Positions 18,226 through 30,861 of a DNA stretch of 36,426 nt are shown here, in pieces. Origin of the DNA: Candidatus Eiseniibacteriota bacterium. Its GTDB lineage: Bacteria > Joyebacterota > Joyebacteria > Joyebacterales > Joyebacteraceae. The notes beneath the pieces are model-generated. The model was given only the letters and a program-made list of their open reading frames with translations, did not search any database and was not told where the DNA came from. The DNA lies in the NCBI GenBank assembly GCA_043819135.1, contig JBDRFG010000151.1, positions 1 through 36,426 of the forward strand. The letters run 5' to 3'. Position 1 is the first letter of the stretch; each line of letters starts with the position of its first letter. The translations under genes were made by a program, and so were the position numbers.

Positions 18226-20097
18226 CTACTTCTTCTTGCGACGTCGGCGACGACGCTTGGCACTGCCGTTCGAGGAGAACTGTGTTCGGCCGGTCTCATC
18301 TACGACCTCGGCCTCCTCGAACTTCGGCGTCGCGGTGACGGAAGCAGGTACGGTTTCAGGAACACCTTCCGGGGCAGCGGCATCGGGTGACACCTCCACG
18401 ACGGCCGAAGGGCCGCGGTGAATGTAGTACTGCTGTCCGATGCTCAGGATGGTGTTCACCAGCCAGTAGATCACGAGTCCCGCCGCGAAGTTGTAGAAGA
18501 GCACCGTGAAGAGGATGGGCATCATCTTCGTCATGGCGGCCTGGCTGGGGTCCGATGTAGTGAACTTCTGCTGCACGAGCATTCCAAGCCCCATCAGCAG
18601 CGGAAGCACATGAATCGGAAACCCGGCTATCGCCGCGATCGTGTCCGGCTGGGAGAGATCTGTCATCCACAACATGAAAGGAGCGCCTCGGAGCTCGATC
18701 GTTGTTCTGAGCACCTGGAAGAGCGCGATGAAGACGGGCATCTGCAAGATCATCGGAAGGCAGCTGCCCAGGGGGTTAACTCCCTCCTTCTTGTATAGCT
18801 CCATCTGTGCCTTGGCCATTGCCTCTTTGTTGTCACCAAGCTGATCCTTGAGGGCTTTGAGCTTCGGCTGTACGTCCTGCATCCGCTTCATTTCCGTGAA
18901 GCTCTTGTGCGTCAGTCTATAGAAGAGGAGCTTCGTGACAATGGAGATCAGAATGATGACGATGCCGTAGTTCGGGAGGTACTTGTGGCCCCAGACGAGC
19001 GCCTTCAGAAGCAACACGGACAGCGGTCTCGTGAAGCTCCACCCCATCTCGATGGCGCGCTCTAGACCCACGCCCATCGCCGATATCAGCTCGTAGTCCT
19101 GGGGTCCGGCGAACACTCTGAACGTGACCGATGTGCCCTGGCCCTCGACGGACACGGCGGTCTTGAAGCCGATGTTCTGCGGTTCGGTGCCACCTATCGC
19201 CCGCGTCTCGCTGCAGGTGAAACCCTCGGGCGCGACCGCGGCCATGAAGTAGCGCGACTGCGTGGTCACCCACTCGATGGCGCCCACCCGCAGGTACTCT
19301 TCCTGCTCCTTGAATCGACCGAGGCCGTCCTTCGTGATGCCTCCGTCGATGCGTGCGACCGACGCCGGAGCCTTGTTGTCCTCCTTCGCCTCCGTGGGAG
19401 TCAGTCCTGGCCACCCGATCCAGAGAGCGCGTCTTCCCGACGGCTCCCGAAGACCCGAGACCTCCACGCGCGCCTCGAACGCGTAGCTGTCCGCGTAGAA
19501 TGAGTACTCGCGCGTTACCGCGACGCCGGCAGGCCCCACGGCCGAGTAGCGCACCACGGCTGACTCGCGCCCGCCGGTCAGGTCAACGCGCAACGGGCTC
19601 GTCGACTCGAACGTCCAGTCATCGATCGCCAGCGTCGTCGGCCCGTAGTCCATGCTGAGCGCAAGCGCCCGCGAACCATCCGACACCAGAGAGACCAGCT
19701 CCGGCGCGTCGTCCTCCGGATCGAGTCGCTCGCGGTACTCCTTCAGCCGCCACGACGTAATCGAGCCGCCGCGGTTCGAAAGCGTCGCCACCCACAGCGG
19801 CGTGTCAACTGTGATCGTCCTCTCCGGGACCACCCCCTGTACCGGATCCGGCGCGACCGTCACATCGTCGCGATCGCGTGCTTCTTCAACATCCGTGTCC
19901 ACGGTGGTGAAGCCGCGCGCGCCCTCGTCCCCGGCAGGGATTGTACCCCCGGTCGGCGACTCGACCACTTCGCCGGCCACTCCCGTCCCCGCCTGCTCCG
20001 CCGCCACCTGCTTGCGCTGAGTGCTCTGCCAGTAGTTGAACCCGAACAGCACAACGAAGATGAGAACGACAGCCACGATGGCGCGCCTCTCGTCCAT
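18226..20097 (-). CDS. yidC: Membrane protein insertase YidC
   Basis: N-terminal TM, large periplasmic domain, NYG..II, ELYKKEGVNPLGSCLP..LQMP, W..DLS.PD, GLVIYW.VN. Confidence 0.96.
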   Translation of the reverse strand: MDERRAIVAVVLIFVVLFGFNYWQSTQRKQVAAEQAGTGVAGEVVESPTGGTIPAGDEGARGFTTVDTDVEEARDRDDVTVAPDPVQGVVPERTITVDTPLWVATLSNRGGSITSWRLKEYRERLDPEDDAPELVSLVSDGSRALALSMDYGPTTLAIDDWTFESTSPLRVDLTGGRESAVVRYSAVGPAGVAVTREYSFYADSYAFEARVEVSGLREPSGRRALWIGWPGLTPTEAKEDNKAPASVARIDGGITKDGLGRFKEQEEYLRVGAIEWVTTQSRYFMAAVAPEGFTCSETRAIGGTEPQNIGFKTAVSVEGQGTSVTFRVFAGPQDYELISAMGVGLERAIEMGWSFTRPLSVLLLKALVWGHKYLPNYGIVIILISIVTKLLFYRLTHKSFTEMKRMQDVQPKLKALKDQLGDNKEAMAKAQMELYKKEGVNPLGSCLPMILQMPVFIALFQVLRTTIELRGAPFMLWMTDLSQPDTIAAIAGFPIHVLPLLMGLGMLVQQKFTTSDPSQAAMTKMMPILFTVLFYNFAAGLVIYWLVNTILSIGQQYYIHRGPSAVVEVSPDAAAPEGVPETVPASVTATPKFEEAEVVDETGRTQFSSNGSAKRRRRRRKKK

Positions 20098-20157
20098 TCA
20101 CGCCTCCATAAAGGGTTCGCTTGGATGCCGGAGAGTTCCGCCTCGCCTGACGGGGCA

Positions 20158-20409
20158 CTACTCCGGAACGGGATCCTCTCCCCCGTGAGACCAGGGGTTG
20201 CATCGCAGAAGCCTGCCGAGAGACAGCCAGGCACCGCGCACCAGCCCGTGTTGCGCGAAAGCCTGCGCGGCGTATTCAGAACAGGATGGAACGTAACGGC
20301 AGCTGGCAGGAAACAACGGGGACACCAGCCGCTGGTATGCTCGCACGAGCACAACCAACCCGCTGGTCATCACCAGGGGGCTCCTGGAATACACCTTCGG
20401 GATTGCCAT
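20158..20409 (-). CDS. yidD: Membrane protein insertion efficiency factor YidD
   Basis: YQ…SP…CRY.PSCSEY…HG…[14 protein letters not shown]. Confidence 0.95.
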   Translation of the reverse strand: MAIPKVYSRSPLVMTSGLVVLVRAYQRLVSPLFPASCRYVPSCSEYAAQAFAQHGLVRGAWLSLGRLLRCNPWSHGGEDPVPE

Positions 20410-20454
20410 CTTGTCTGATAGTGGACCGCCGTCCGGGCCGGCCCCTTTCCCGCG

Positions 20455-20805
20455 TCAGCTGTCGTGGTCGGAGATGCGGCGGAGCTCTGCGTGAAGCGTT
20501 TGTCTGATGTCTGAGTAACGCGCGGTGGCCGCTCTGTGTGATGCTACGAAGATCAGGGTCTCAATTCCGGACAGGTCTGCCGTGCTCGTCCGAAATGCTT
20601 CTCGAAGGACCCTCTTCGCGCGATTCCTCTTGACCGCTCCTCCAACCCTCTTCCCCGCCAGGAAGGCCACGCCCGGCGGTCCCTCTCCCACTCGGTAGCA
20701 CATTCTCCCGTACGAGGTCCGCACCACCGATCCCGATCTCAGTGTATGCTCCAGCGTCTCCCGCCGCTTGATCCTCGGATATCTCCTCAGGCTCTCCGAC
20801 GGCAC
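20455..20805 (-). CDS. rnpA: Ribonuclease P protein component
   Basis: RNR motif KRVGGAVKRNRAKRVLREAFR; position after rpmH. Confidence 0.9.
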   Translation of the reverse strand: MPSESLRRYPRIKRRETLEHTLRSGSVVRTSYGRMCYRVGEGPPGVAFLAGKRVGGAVKRNRAKRVLREAFRTSTADLSGIETLIFVASHRAATARYSDIRQTLHAELRRISDHDS

Positions 20806-20813
20806 TGGCCCAC

Positions 20814-20951
20814 CTACCGCGTCGTCAGACGCTTCCTGCCCTTCGCGCGGCGTCGCGCGAGGACCTTCCGCCCACCGGGAGTGGAGCTGCGAGCCAAGAA
20901 TCCGTGCTTACTCTTGCCTCTCCGCTTCTTCGGCTGGTACGTGCGCTTCAT
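20814..20951 (-). CDS. rpmH: 50S ribosomal protein L34
   Basis: MKRTYQP…HGFLAR…[17 protein letters not shown] at 20951 follows GAGGA. Confidence 0.97.
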   Translation of the reverse strand: MKRTYQPKKRRGKSKHGFLARSSTPGGRKVLARRRAKGRKRLTTR

Positions 20952-21003
20952 CTCATCCTCGATACTCGACGTGAAACTACCCGTTGCACTGCTTGAATTC
21001 AAA

Positions 21004-21032
21004 AGGCTATCAATCCACCCCATGCATGTCAA
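21004..21032 (-). promoter_or_regulatory. Sigma70-type promoter for the rpmH operon
   Basis: TTGACA-17 nt-TAGCCT on the - strand. Confidence 0.6.
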
Positions 21033-21153
21033 GCCCATTCCCCACTACCGTGCCCCACAACCCTCGCTCCCGACCTCCGCTTCCCACAATCCCCCTACGC
21101 ATCCCCACTTCCAGCCACTCCGCAGAAAAAGCCGCGTCCACGCAAAAAAGTCC

Positions 21154-21183
21154 TTGCACGATTTCCGGCCTCCGTGCTAACAT
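21154..21183 (+). promoter_or_regulatory. Candidate dnaA promoter
   Basis: TTGCAC-18 nt-TAACAT with TG extension, preceded by A-tracts. Confidence 0.45.
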
Positions 21184-21344
21184 GCTCCGCCGTCACAAAG
21201 ACCGTTGATAAGTGCGCGACGCTGATTGGAAGGAATGTCCGGAATCAGAAACCTGCCGCAGCCACGGTGGTCGCCGCTCCTGGCTCAACACGACAGGGTC
21301 CAGCATCCCGGGCGCAAGAGCATAACCAATAGCAACTTACACAG

Positions 21345-21481
21345 TTATCCACAATGGGGAGAATTTCTGTAGATAGTCTGGACGCGTCGCTTCCTCGGAA
21401 ATACCGCGAGGAGCATCGACTTCCTACGAAATACTCCGAGAATCGACGGTTGTGGATAACTTGTTAACGTTTTGTTGATAA
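21345..21481. promoter_or_regulatory. DnaA boxes upstream of dnaA (autoregulation and/or left half of a bipartite oriC)
   Basis: TTATCCACA (21345-21353), TGTGGATAA (21451-21459), TGTTGATAA (21473-21481). Confidence 0.8.
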
Positions 21482-21495
21482 GATGCGGGCCCCCT

Positions 21496-22836
21496 ATGAT
21501 CGCCTCAGACCTGTGGACACGGTGTCTCGAGACCATCCGCGAGGAGACGGAACACCAGAGCTATCAGACGTGGTTCGAGCCGACGCGTGGCGTCGAGCTT
21601 ACGGACGACGCCGTGAAGATAGAGGTGCCGAACCGATTCTTCGCTGATTGGCTTGAGGAACACTATATGGGTCTGGTGCGGCGCGCCGTAGAAGAGAACG
21701 CCGGCAGGAGGCTCGACCCGGTGTTCCAGGTGGCCCACAAGAGCCCGGACCAGTACGAACCGGTATCGACTCGGCGGGAAGCACCTCCGCCACTGACCAC
21801 AGCAGCGGCCGATGAGTGCCAACTCAACCCGCGGTATACGTTTTCAACGTTTGTCGTCGGGAATAGCAATCGCTTTGCTCAGGCTGCAACTATGGCAGTG
21901 GCGGAGGCACCCGCCAATGCGTATAACCCGCTCTTTATATATGGTGGCGTAGGCCTCGGCAAGACCCATCTGATGCAGGCCATCGGCCAGTACGTCAGGG
22001 AGAAGCGCCCGGATCTCTCAGTCTACTACGTCTCGTCGGAAACGTTCATGAATGAGCTGATCACGTCGATCCAGCGAGGCAGCACCCTGAAGTTCCGGGA
22101 CAAATACCGGAGCAAGGATGTCCTCCTTATAGACGACGTTCAGTTCCTGGCCGGCAAAGAGAGCACGCAGGAGGAGTTCTTCCACACCTTCAACGCGCTC
22201 TACCTGGCCCACAAGCAGATCGTCATGACGAGCGACCGGCCACCAAAGCAGATAGCTACACTGGAGGAACGTCTGGTGTCGCGGTTCGGGTCCGGACTGG
22301 TTACGGACGTCCAACCACCCGACCTGGAAACCAGGATAGCCATACTCAACGAGAAGGCGGAGCTGGACGGGATTTCGATTCCCAATGACGTAATTCATTT
22401 GATAGCAAATAGTGTTACGTCGAATATCCGCGAGCTGGAGGGGTCGCTCGTCCGGCTCCTTGCCTTTTCAAGTCTCACCGGCAGCGAGATCACCGTAGAC
22501 CTGGCCAAAGAGGTCCTGAGCGAGTTTCTCGGGGCGCCTCGAGGCCCGGTCTCGGTCGCGCGCATCCAGCAGGCTGTCGCCGAAAACTACGGCGTGCCTG
22601 TCGAGAAAATGAAGGCTCGGGGTCGAGCCAGCCAGATAGCGCACGCGCGCCAGGTTGCCATGTACCTCGCTCGAGAGCTTACCCATCTGTCTTTGGCGCA
22701 GGTGGGGGAGCACTTCGGCGGCCGGGACCACACCACGGTCCTTCACGCCCAGCGGAAGATCACCGAAGAGGTCGCACGACCCGGTCAGACGCAGCGCGAC
22801 GTCGAGAACCTCAGGCGCATGCTCCGAACGGCGTAG
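21496..22836 (+). CDS. dnaA: Chromosomal replication initiator DnaA
   Basis: LNP.YTF..FV.G.SN, YNPLFIYGGVGLGKTHL, IDDVQF, QEEFFHTFN, NIRELEG, GGRDHTTV. Confidence 0.98.
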   Translation: MIASDLWTRCLETIREETEHQSYQTWFEPTRGVELTDDAVKIEVPNRFFADWLEEHYMGLVRRAVEENAGRRLDPVFQVAHKSPDQYEPVSTRREAPPPLTTAAADECQLNPRYTFSTFVVGNSNRFAQAATMAVAEAPANAYNPLFIYGGVGLGKTHLMQAIGQYVREKRPDLSVYYVSSETFMNELITSIQRGSTLKFRDKYRSKDVLLIDDVQFLAGKESTQEEFFHTFNALYLAHKQIVMTSDRPPKQIATLEERLVSRFGSGLVTDVQPPDLETRIAILNEKAELDGISIPNDVIHLIANSVTSNIRELEGSLVRLLAFSSLTGSEITVDLAKEVLSEFLGAPRGPVSVARIQQAVAENYGVPVEKMKARGRASQIAHARQVAMYLARELTHLSLAQVGEHFGGRDHTTVLHAQRKITEEVARPGQTQRDVENLRRMLRTA

Positions 22837-23225
22837 ACACCCCGGACATCGTGCACCCCCGAAGCGCGATCCTGCGGCCCCGTATCGAACGGGGCCGTTC
22901 GCGCCTCCGCACCCCTTGCGTCCCTCGGGTTCAGACTCTGGATAGCCCGTGCGTTCGATGGGGAGCAGCGTGGACAGCATTGGATAGATCGGACGCTCGG
23001 TGGAGCCGGTGGGACAACCCGGCACGTTGTCCAGTGCCTTCTCCACAGCGAACGAGAGCGCCGCGAGTTCCGGCTCGACCGGGGATCGTGCGCGGACCGG
23101 AGTATTCGGAGCACGAGTCCAGCCTGAGCCGCGTCGCGGGTGTGCGTTGTCAACATTTCCACAGGCCCTACTACTACTGATGTTCTATATTGGAGGAGTA
23201 GAAGTGCTTTGGTTGTGAACAACTG
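22837..23225. other. oriC unwinding region between dnaA and dnaN
   Basis: TTGTCAACA/ATTTCCACA tandem boxes (23147-23163), GGCC, then TACTACTACT DnaA-trios (23169-23178) and an AT-richer tract; further degenerate boxes at 22937-23047 and 23214-23222. Confidence 0.85.
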
Positions 23226-23343
23226 CTCGGAGAAGATCCTCGCTGCGGGTCGTGCCGCATCACCTGGAATCGGAAAGAAAAGAGAGGCGACAGGAGACAC
23301 CCGCCGTGTCCCATCGGGGGCTCCTCTGACCCGGCGTTTTGCC

Positions 23344-23372
23344 TTGCAGGTCCATGATGGCGACCATATAAT
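23344..23372 (+). promoter_or_regulatory. Candidate dnaN promoter
   Basis: TTGCAG-17 nt-TATAAT. Confidence 0.55.
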
Positions 23373-23460
23373 GACGACCGAAGGCGAGCCCTGTCGTCGG
23401 CGGTGAATCGCGTCCCGTTTCCGCGCCCGTGCGCGATAGCACATCCCCTGGAGGTTGCTC

Positions 23461-24582
23461 ATGAAGTTCTCCATTCCGCGACAGAGTCTGGACAAGGCGA
23501 TCCAGAGAGTGCTGGCGGTGGTCTCCCCGAAGACTACGCTTCCTGTTCTCGCGAACTTCCTGCTGGAAGCGAACGAGAAGGAGAAGAGGATCTTCCTCAC
23601 GGCAACCGACCTCGACATGACCGTGACCACGGGCGCCGACGCCACGGTGGAAGAGGGGGGAAGCGCAACGCTGCCGGCCAAGCGGTTCGCGGAGATCGTT
23701 CGCGAGTTGGGCGATACGGACGTCGCGCTGTCGACAGACGGAGAAGAGATCTCGATCAAGGCGGGGAAGAGCAAGTTCCGGATCGTCGGCATTCCCACAG
23801 AGGAATTTCCCACGCTTCCCAAGAGCGACCGCGCCAGTGCGTTCGCAGTGAACGCGGGCGTTCTCGCGCGGATGGTCGACAAGGTGAGCTTCTGCACGTC
23901 CAGGGACGAGACCAGACCTTCGCTGAACGGAGCCATCTGGGAATTCGCCGCGGACCACATGGGCATGACGGCCACGGATGGACACAGATTGGCGACGTTC
24001 AAAACCAACGGAGACTTCAAGGCGCTGGCGGGGAAGAACATGATCGTGCCGCCGAAGGCGCTCGGACATGCGGTCCGCATCATCGCGGCCGAGGCGGACG
24101 ACACGGTCAGCGTCTCGGTTCACGAGAACCACGTCGCGTTCTTCATTGGATCGACCACCATCAATTCGAGGTTGCTTGAGGGGCCGTTCCCGAACTACCG
24201 CCAGGTGATCCCGAAAGACAACGACAAGGAACTGGTGCTAGACCGCGAGAGCCTGATGAGTGCCGTGCGACGTGTCGCCGTTCTGGCCGACACGCTGACG
24301 CACCAGGTGCGCATGACGCTGTCGAAGAAGAAGGTCGAACTCGTTGTCTCGACTCCCGATGTCGGAGAGGCGAGAGAAGAGATACCGGGAACGTTCAACG
24401 CTGAATCGATGGAGGTCGGCTACAACGCGAACTACCTCCTCGATGTTCTGAAGCACATCGACTCCGACAGCATACGCGTTATGCTCGGAACGGCGGTGGG
24501 CGCGGCGGTCGTCAGTGCCGTCGAAGAGGCGGAAGGGGAGGAGCACGTCTGTCTCCTCATGCCGCTTCGCCTCACTTCGTAG
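23461..24582 (+). CDS. dnaN: DNA polymerase III beta sliding clamp
   Basis: ATDLD, EEFP, TRP.LNG, ATDGHRL, GPFPNYRQVIP, C-terminal LMPLR; ATG follows GGAGG. Confidence 0.97.
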   Translation: MKFSIPRQSLDKAIQRVLAVVSPKTTLPVLANFLLEANEKEKRIFLTATDLDMTVTTGADATVEEGGSATLPAKRFAEIVRELGDTDVALSTDGEEISIKAGKSKFRIVGIPTEEFPTLPKSDRASAFAVNAGVLARMVDKVSFCTSRDETRPSLNGAIWEFAADHMGMTATDGHRLATFKTNGDFKALAGKNMIVPPKALGHAVRIIAAEADDTVSVSVHENHVAFFIGSTTINSRLLEGPFPNYRQVIPKDNDKELVLDRESLMSAVRRVAVLADTLTHQVRMTLSKKKVELVVSTPDVGEAREEIPGTFNAESMEVGYNANYLLDVLKHIDSDSIRVMLGTAVGAAVVSAVEEAEGEEHVCLLMPLRLTS

Positions 24583-24599
24583 TGCTTAGGAGTGCGCGG

Positions 24600-25717
24600 G
24601 TGTGGATCCGAACGCTTCGGCTCACAAACTTCCGGAACTACGAACGACTCGAACTGGAACTCGAGGAAGGGCTCAACTTCTTCACGGGGTCCAACGGTTC
24701 CGGTAAAACGAGCATTCTCGAAGCAGTGTCCTACCTCGCCGTCGCGCGGTCCCTCAGGGGAGCGAACGACGGAGAGGTCGTTCGGTGGGGGAGTCCGTCG
24801 TTCGGAGTCGGCGGCGACATAGTGGCCGACGGCACCGTCAGGTCGAACACCCTCAGATTCACTAAGGGTGGCAAGAAAGAGGTAACACTCGACGGAGAGA
24901 GGCAGACGTTCCTGTCCGATGTCGTCGGGGTTCTCAGGGTCGCATGGTTCTGCCCCGAGGACACCTGGCTGACGAAGGGCGGCCCGTCGGAGCGGCGGAA
25001 GCTCCTGGACATGACGCTGTGTCAGCTCGACCCCGCGTATCTGGCCGCGCTCTCGAACTACAAGAGAACGCTCAGACAGCGGAACGAGGCGTTGCTCTCT
25101 TGGACGCCGGACGATGAGTCCGAGGCGCTGGTTGGTGTCTGGACCGAGAGGTTGCTCCACTACGGAAGCCGGGTGACCGCCGGCAGAATGGAGCTCTTGC
25201 CCAGGTTCGCCGACGCGGTCAGGAGATTCCACGAGAGCATAGCAGGCTCCGATGCGTTGAGCCTGAGGTACAGAAGCACGGCGGCGGGTGTGATGGCGAG
25301 CGGCGACGGCCCACCCTCTGGAGACGATGTGAGGTCACGGTTCGCCGATTCCCTGGAACGTGTCGCCGCGGACGAGCGCAGACGGGGTTTGACTCTCGTC
25401 GGACCGCACAGGGACGACCTCGAGGTCAGGCTGGGAGATCGCGCGCTCAGGACTTTTGGTTCACAGGGGCAACACCGCACCGCGGCAATAGCGCTCAAGC
25501 TGGGCGAAGCGGCGGTGCTCGATTCCGACGGTCGCGGAGTGGTCGTCCTGTTGGATGACATCATGTCGGAACTTGACGACGAACGCGCGGCGTCTCTGGT
25601 CGACCTGGTCGGCGACCTGGGCCAGGCTCTGATGACTTCGACCAGAAACGCGCCGGCCGTAAGTGGGGGTCACAACAGCAAGTGTTTCAGCGTAGAAGCC
25701 GGCGAGGTCATACGTCA

Positions 25718-25721
<4 letters not shown>
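24600..25721 (+). CDS. recF: DNA replication/repair protein RecF
   Basis: NFRNY, G.NGSGKT, GPSERR..LD, GPHRDD, GSQGQ, LLDDIMSELD. GTG at 24600 follows AGGAG (alternative start 24582). Confidence 0.96.
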
Positions 25722-28301
<2,580 letters not shown>

Positions 28302-28317
28302 ACTTCACGAGGACGCG

Positions 28318-30744
28318 ATGCCAACGACCGAGAGAATCCTCCCCATCGTCATCGAAGACGAGATGAAGAAGTCCTACATCGATTACGCGATGAGCGTGAT
28401 CGTGTCCAGGGCTCTGCCGGACGTCAGGGACGGCCTGAAGCCGGTGCAACGGCGCATTCTCGTCGCGATGGATGAACTGGGACTCGCACACAACAAGACC
28501 TACAGAAAGTCGGCGAAGATCTCAGGCGACGTCACCGGCAACTACCATCCGCACGGGACGGCGGCCGTCTACGACGCGATGGTCCGCATGGCGCAGGATT
28601 TCTCGCTGAGACACCCGTTGGTGGACGGACAGGGCAACTTTGGGTCGATAGACGGGGACAGCGCGGCCGCCGAGCGGTACACAGAGGCGCGGATGACGCG
28701 CATCGCCGAGGATCTGCTCGAGGACCTCAAGAAGGATACGGTCGACTTCGTGCCGAACTACGACGGCACGCGCGAGGAGCCGCTGGTTCTTCCAGCCAAG
28801 CTCCCCAACCTCCTTATGAACGGAGCCTCCGGCATCGCGGTCGGCATGGCGACTAATATCCCACCACACAACCTCGTGGAGCTCGTCGATGGCATCGTCG
28901 CGATCATCGACGACCCGGACATTCCGGACGAAAAGCTCCTCACCATGATACACGGGCCCGACTTCCCGACGGGCGGCATCATCTTCGGGCGGAGCGGTGT
29001 GCGAGACGCGTACCTGACCGGCCGCGGCCGCATCGTCGTGCGTGCGCGCGCCAACATCGAGGTTCATACCAACGGTAGCGAGAGCATCATCATCACCGAA
29101 ATCCCGTTCATGGTGAACAAGTCCAGCCTGATCGAGAACATCGCCAACCTCGTCCGTGAGGGCAAGGTCACCGGAATACGCGACCTTCGGGACGAGTCGG
29201 ACCGCGACGGCATCAGAGTCGTCATCGACATGAAGCGTGACGCGCAGGCGAACGTCATCCTGAACCAGCTCTACAAGAGCACGCAGATGCAGACCACGTT
29301 CGGGACTATCCTCCTGGCGCTCACCAACAACGTTCCAAAGATCATGACTCTGAAGGAGATGCTCTCGCACTACATCGCGCACCGCGAGGAGGTCATCGTC
29401 AGGCGGACGAGGTTCGACCTGGCCAAGGCGGAGGCACGGGCGCACATCCTCGAGGGGCTCAAGAAGGCGCTGGACCACATCGACGAAATAGTCCAGCTCA
29501 TCAAGAAGTCGAAGGACGTGGACCACGCCCGCGCGCAACTGATGAAGACGTTCGGGCTCTCGGAGATACAGTCCCAGGCGATTCTGGATATGAGACTCCA
29601 GCGCCTGACCGGACTCCAGAGGAAGAAGATAGAGGACGAGTACAAGGAAGTCATCAAGCTGATCGCGACGCTCAAGGGTATTCTCGAGAGCCGCGCGAAA
29701 GTGCTCGCCATGATCAAGGAGGACCTCACGGCCGCGGCCGAGGCCTACGGCAACGAAAGACGCACCGAGATCATCGAGGCAACGACCGATTTCGCGATAG
29801 AGGACCTGATCGCCGAGGAGGACATGGCGATCTCGATCTCACACACCGGCTACATCAAGCGCCTTCCCGTCGGGACGTATCGTCGACAGCGCAGGGGCGG
29901 CAAGGGCATCACCGGGATGGGGACCAAAGAGGATGACTTCGTCGAGCACATGCTGATCGCCTCGACCCACGACTACATCCTCTTCTTCACGCAGACGGGC
30001 CAGTGCCACTGGCTCAGGGTGCACGAGATCCCGCAGGCGGGGAGGGCGGCGAAGGGCAAGGCCATCGTCAACCTGCTTCAAGTGGAAAAGAACGAATCGA
30101 TAGCGGCCTTCATCGCGGCCCGTGAGTTCGACGACGATCACTTCGTCGTGATGGCGACGAGAAAGGGAGTGGTCAAGAAGACCAGGCTCTCGGCCTACTC
30201 GCACCCGAGACGCGGGGGCATCCGCGCCATCAATATCGACAAGGGCGACGAACTCATCGACGCCGCGGTGACGGACGGAAACCACGACGTCATTCTCGCG
30301 AAGAGGCTCGGCAAGGCGATTCGCTTCCAGGAGAGCGACGTCCGCGAGATGGGGCGCACCGCGCGCGGCGTCAGAGGAACGTTGCTCGAGAAGGGCGACG
30401 AAGTCGTCGGAATGGTCGTCGCGATGGGAGAGCAGGTGACGGTCCTGTCGATCACCGAGCACGGCTACGGAAAGCGGACCAACATCTCCGACTACCGGAT
30501 CATCAGGCGCGGCGGCAAGGGCGTTATTTCTATAAAGGCGAACAAGAGAAACGGGAAGGTCGTCGCCGTCAGGATCGTCAACGAGCCGGACGAGGTCATG
30601 ATAATGACCGCGCAGGGTGTGATGATCCGCCTTCCCGTCAAGGGCATTTCAGTGATCGGCCGCAACACCCAGGGCGTCAGGGTCATCAATCTCGGCAAGG
30701 ATGACAGGGTGATCGACGTCGCCTGCGTGGCGAGCGAAGAGTAG
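28318..30744 (+). CDS. gyrA: DNA gyrase subunit A
   Basis: [21 protein letters not shown] (catalytic Tyr121), GyrA-box QRRGGKG, C-terminal pinwheel repeats. Confidence 0.97.
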   Translation: MPTTERILPIVIEDEMKKSYIDYAMSVIVSRALPDVRDGLKPVQRRILVAMDELGLAHNKTYRKSAKISGDVTGNYHPHGTAAVYDAMVRMAQDFSLRHPLVDGQGNFGSIDGDSAAAERYTEARMTRIAEDLLEDLKKDTVDFVPNYDGTREEPLVLPAKLPNLLMNGASGIAVGMATNIPPHNLVELVDGIVAIIDDPDIPDEKLLTMIHGPDFPTGGIIFGRSGVRDAYLTGRGRIVVRARANIEVHTNGSESIIITEIPFMVNKSSLIENIANLVREGKVTGIRDLRDESDRDGIRVVIDMKRDAQANVILNQLYKSTQMQTTFGTILLALTNNVPKIMTLKEMLSHYIAHREEVIVRRTRFDLAKAEARAHILEGLKKALDHIDEIVQLIKKSKDVDHARAQLMKTFGLSEIQSQAILDMRLQRLTGLQRKKIEDEYKEVIKLIATLKGILESRAKVLAMIKEDLTAAAEAYGNERRTEIIEATTDFAIEDLIAEEDMAISISHTGYIKRLPVGTYRRQRRGGKGITGMGTKEDDFVEHMLIASTHDYILFFTQTGQCHWLRVHEIPQAGRAAKGKAIVNLLQVEKNESIAAFIAAREFDDDHFVVMATRKGVVKKTRLSAYSHPRRGGIRAINIDKGDELIDAAVTDGNHDVILAKRLGKAIRFQESDVREMGRTARGVRGTLLEKGDEVVGMVVAMGEQVTVLSITEHGYGKRTNISDYRIIRRGGKGVISIKANKRNGKVVAVRIVNEPDEVMIMTAQGVMIRLPVKGISVIGRNTQGVRVINLGKDDRVIDVACVASEE

Positions 30745-30861
30745 CCGGGCGGACGAGCCCGCGCGGCGGACACGCGGAGTCGACGCCCCATCCTCCGGAA
30801 CCAGACGACCGTGAACCGGTGAGCACAGGGCCGGAGCGCGGCGCCCCATCAGGAGGTGAGC

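Noticed and set aside
22785..24104. 439-aa - strand ORF crossing the origin
   Set aside because: Overlaps dnaN antisense and the oriC elements; no protein-like features.
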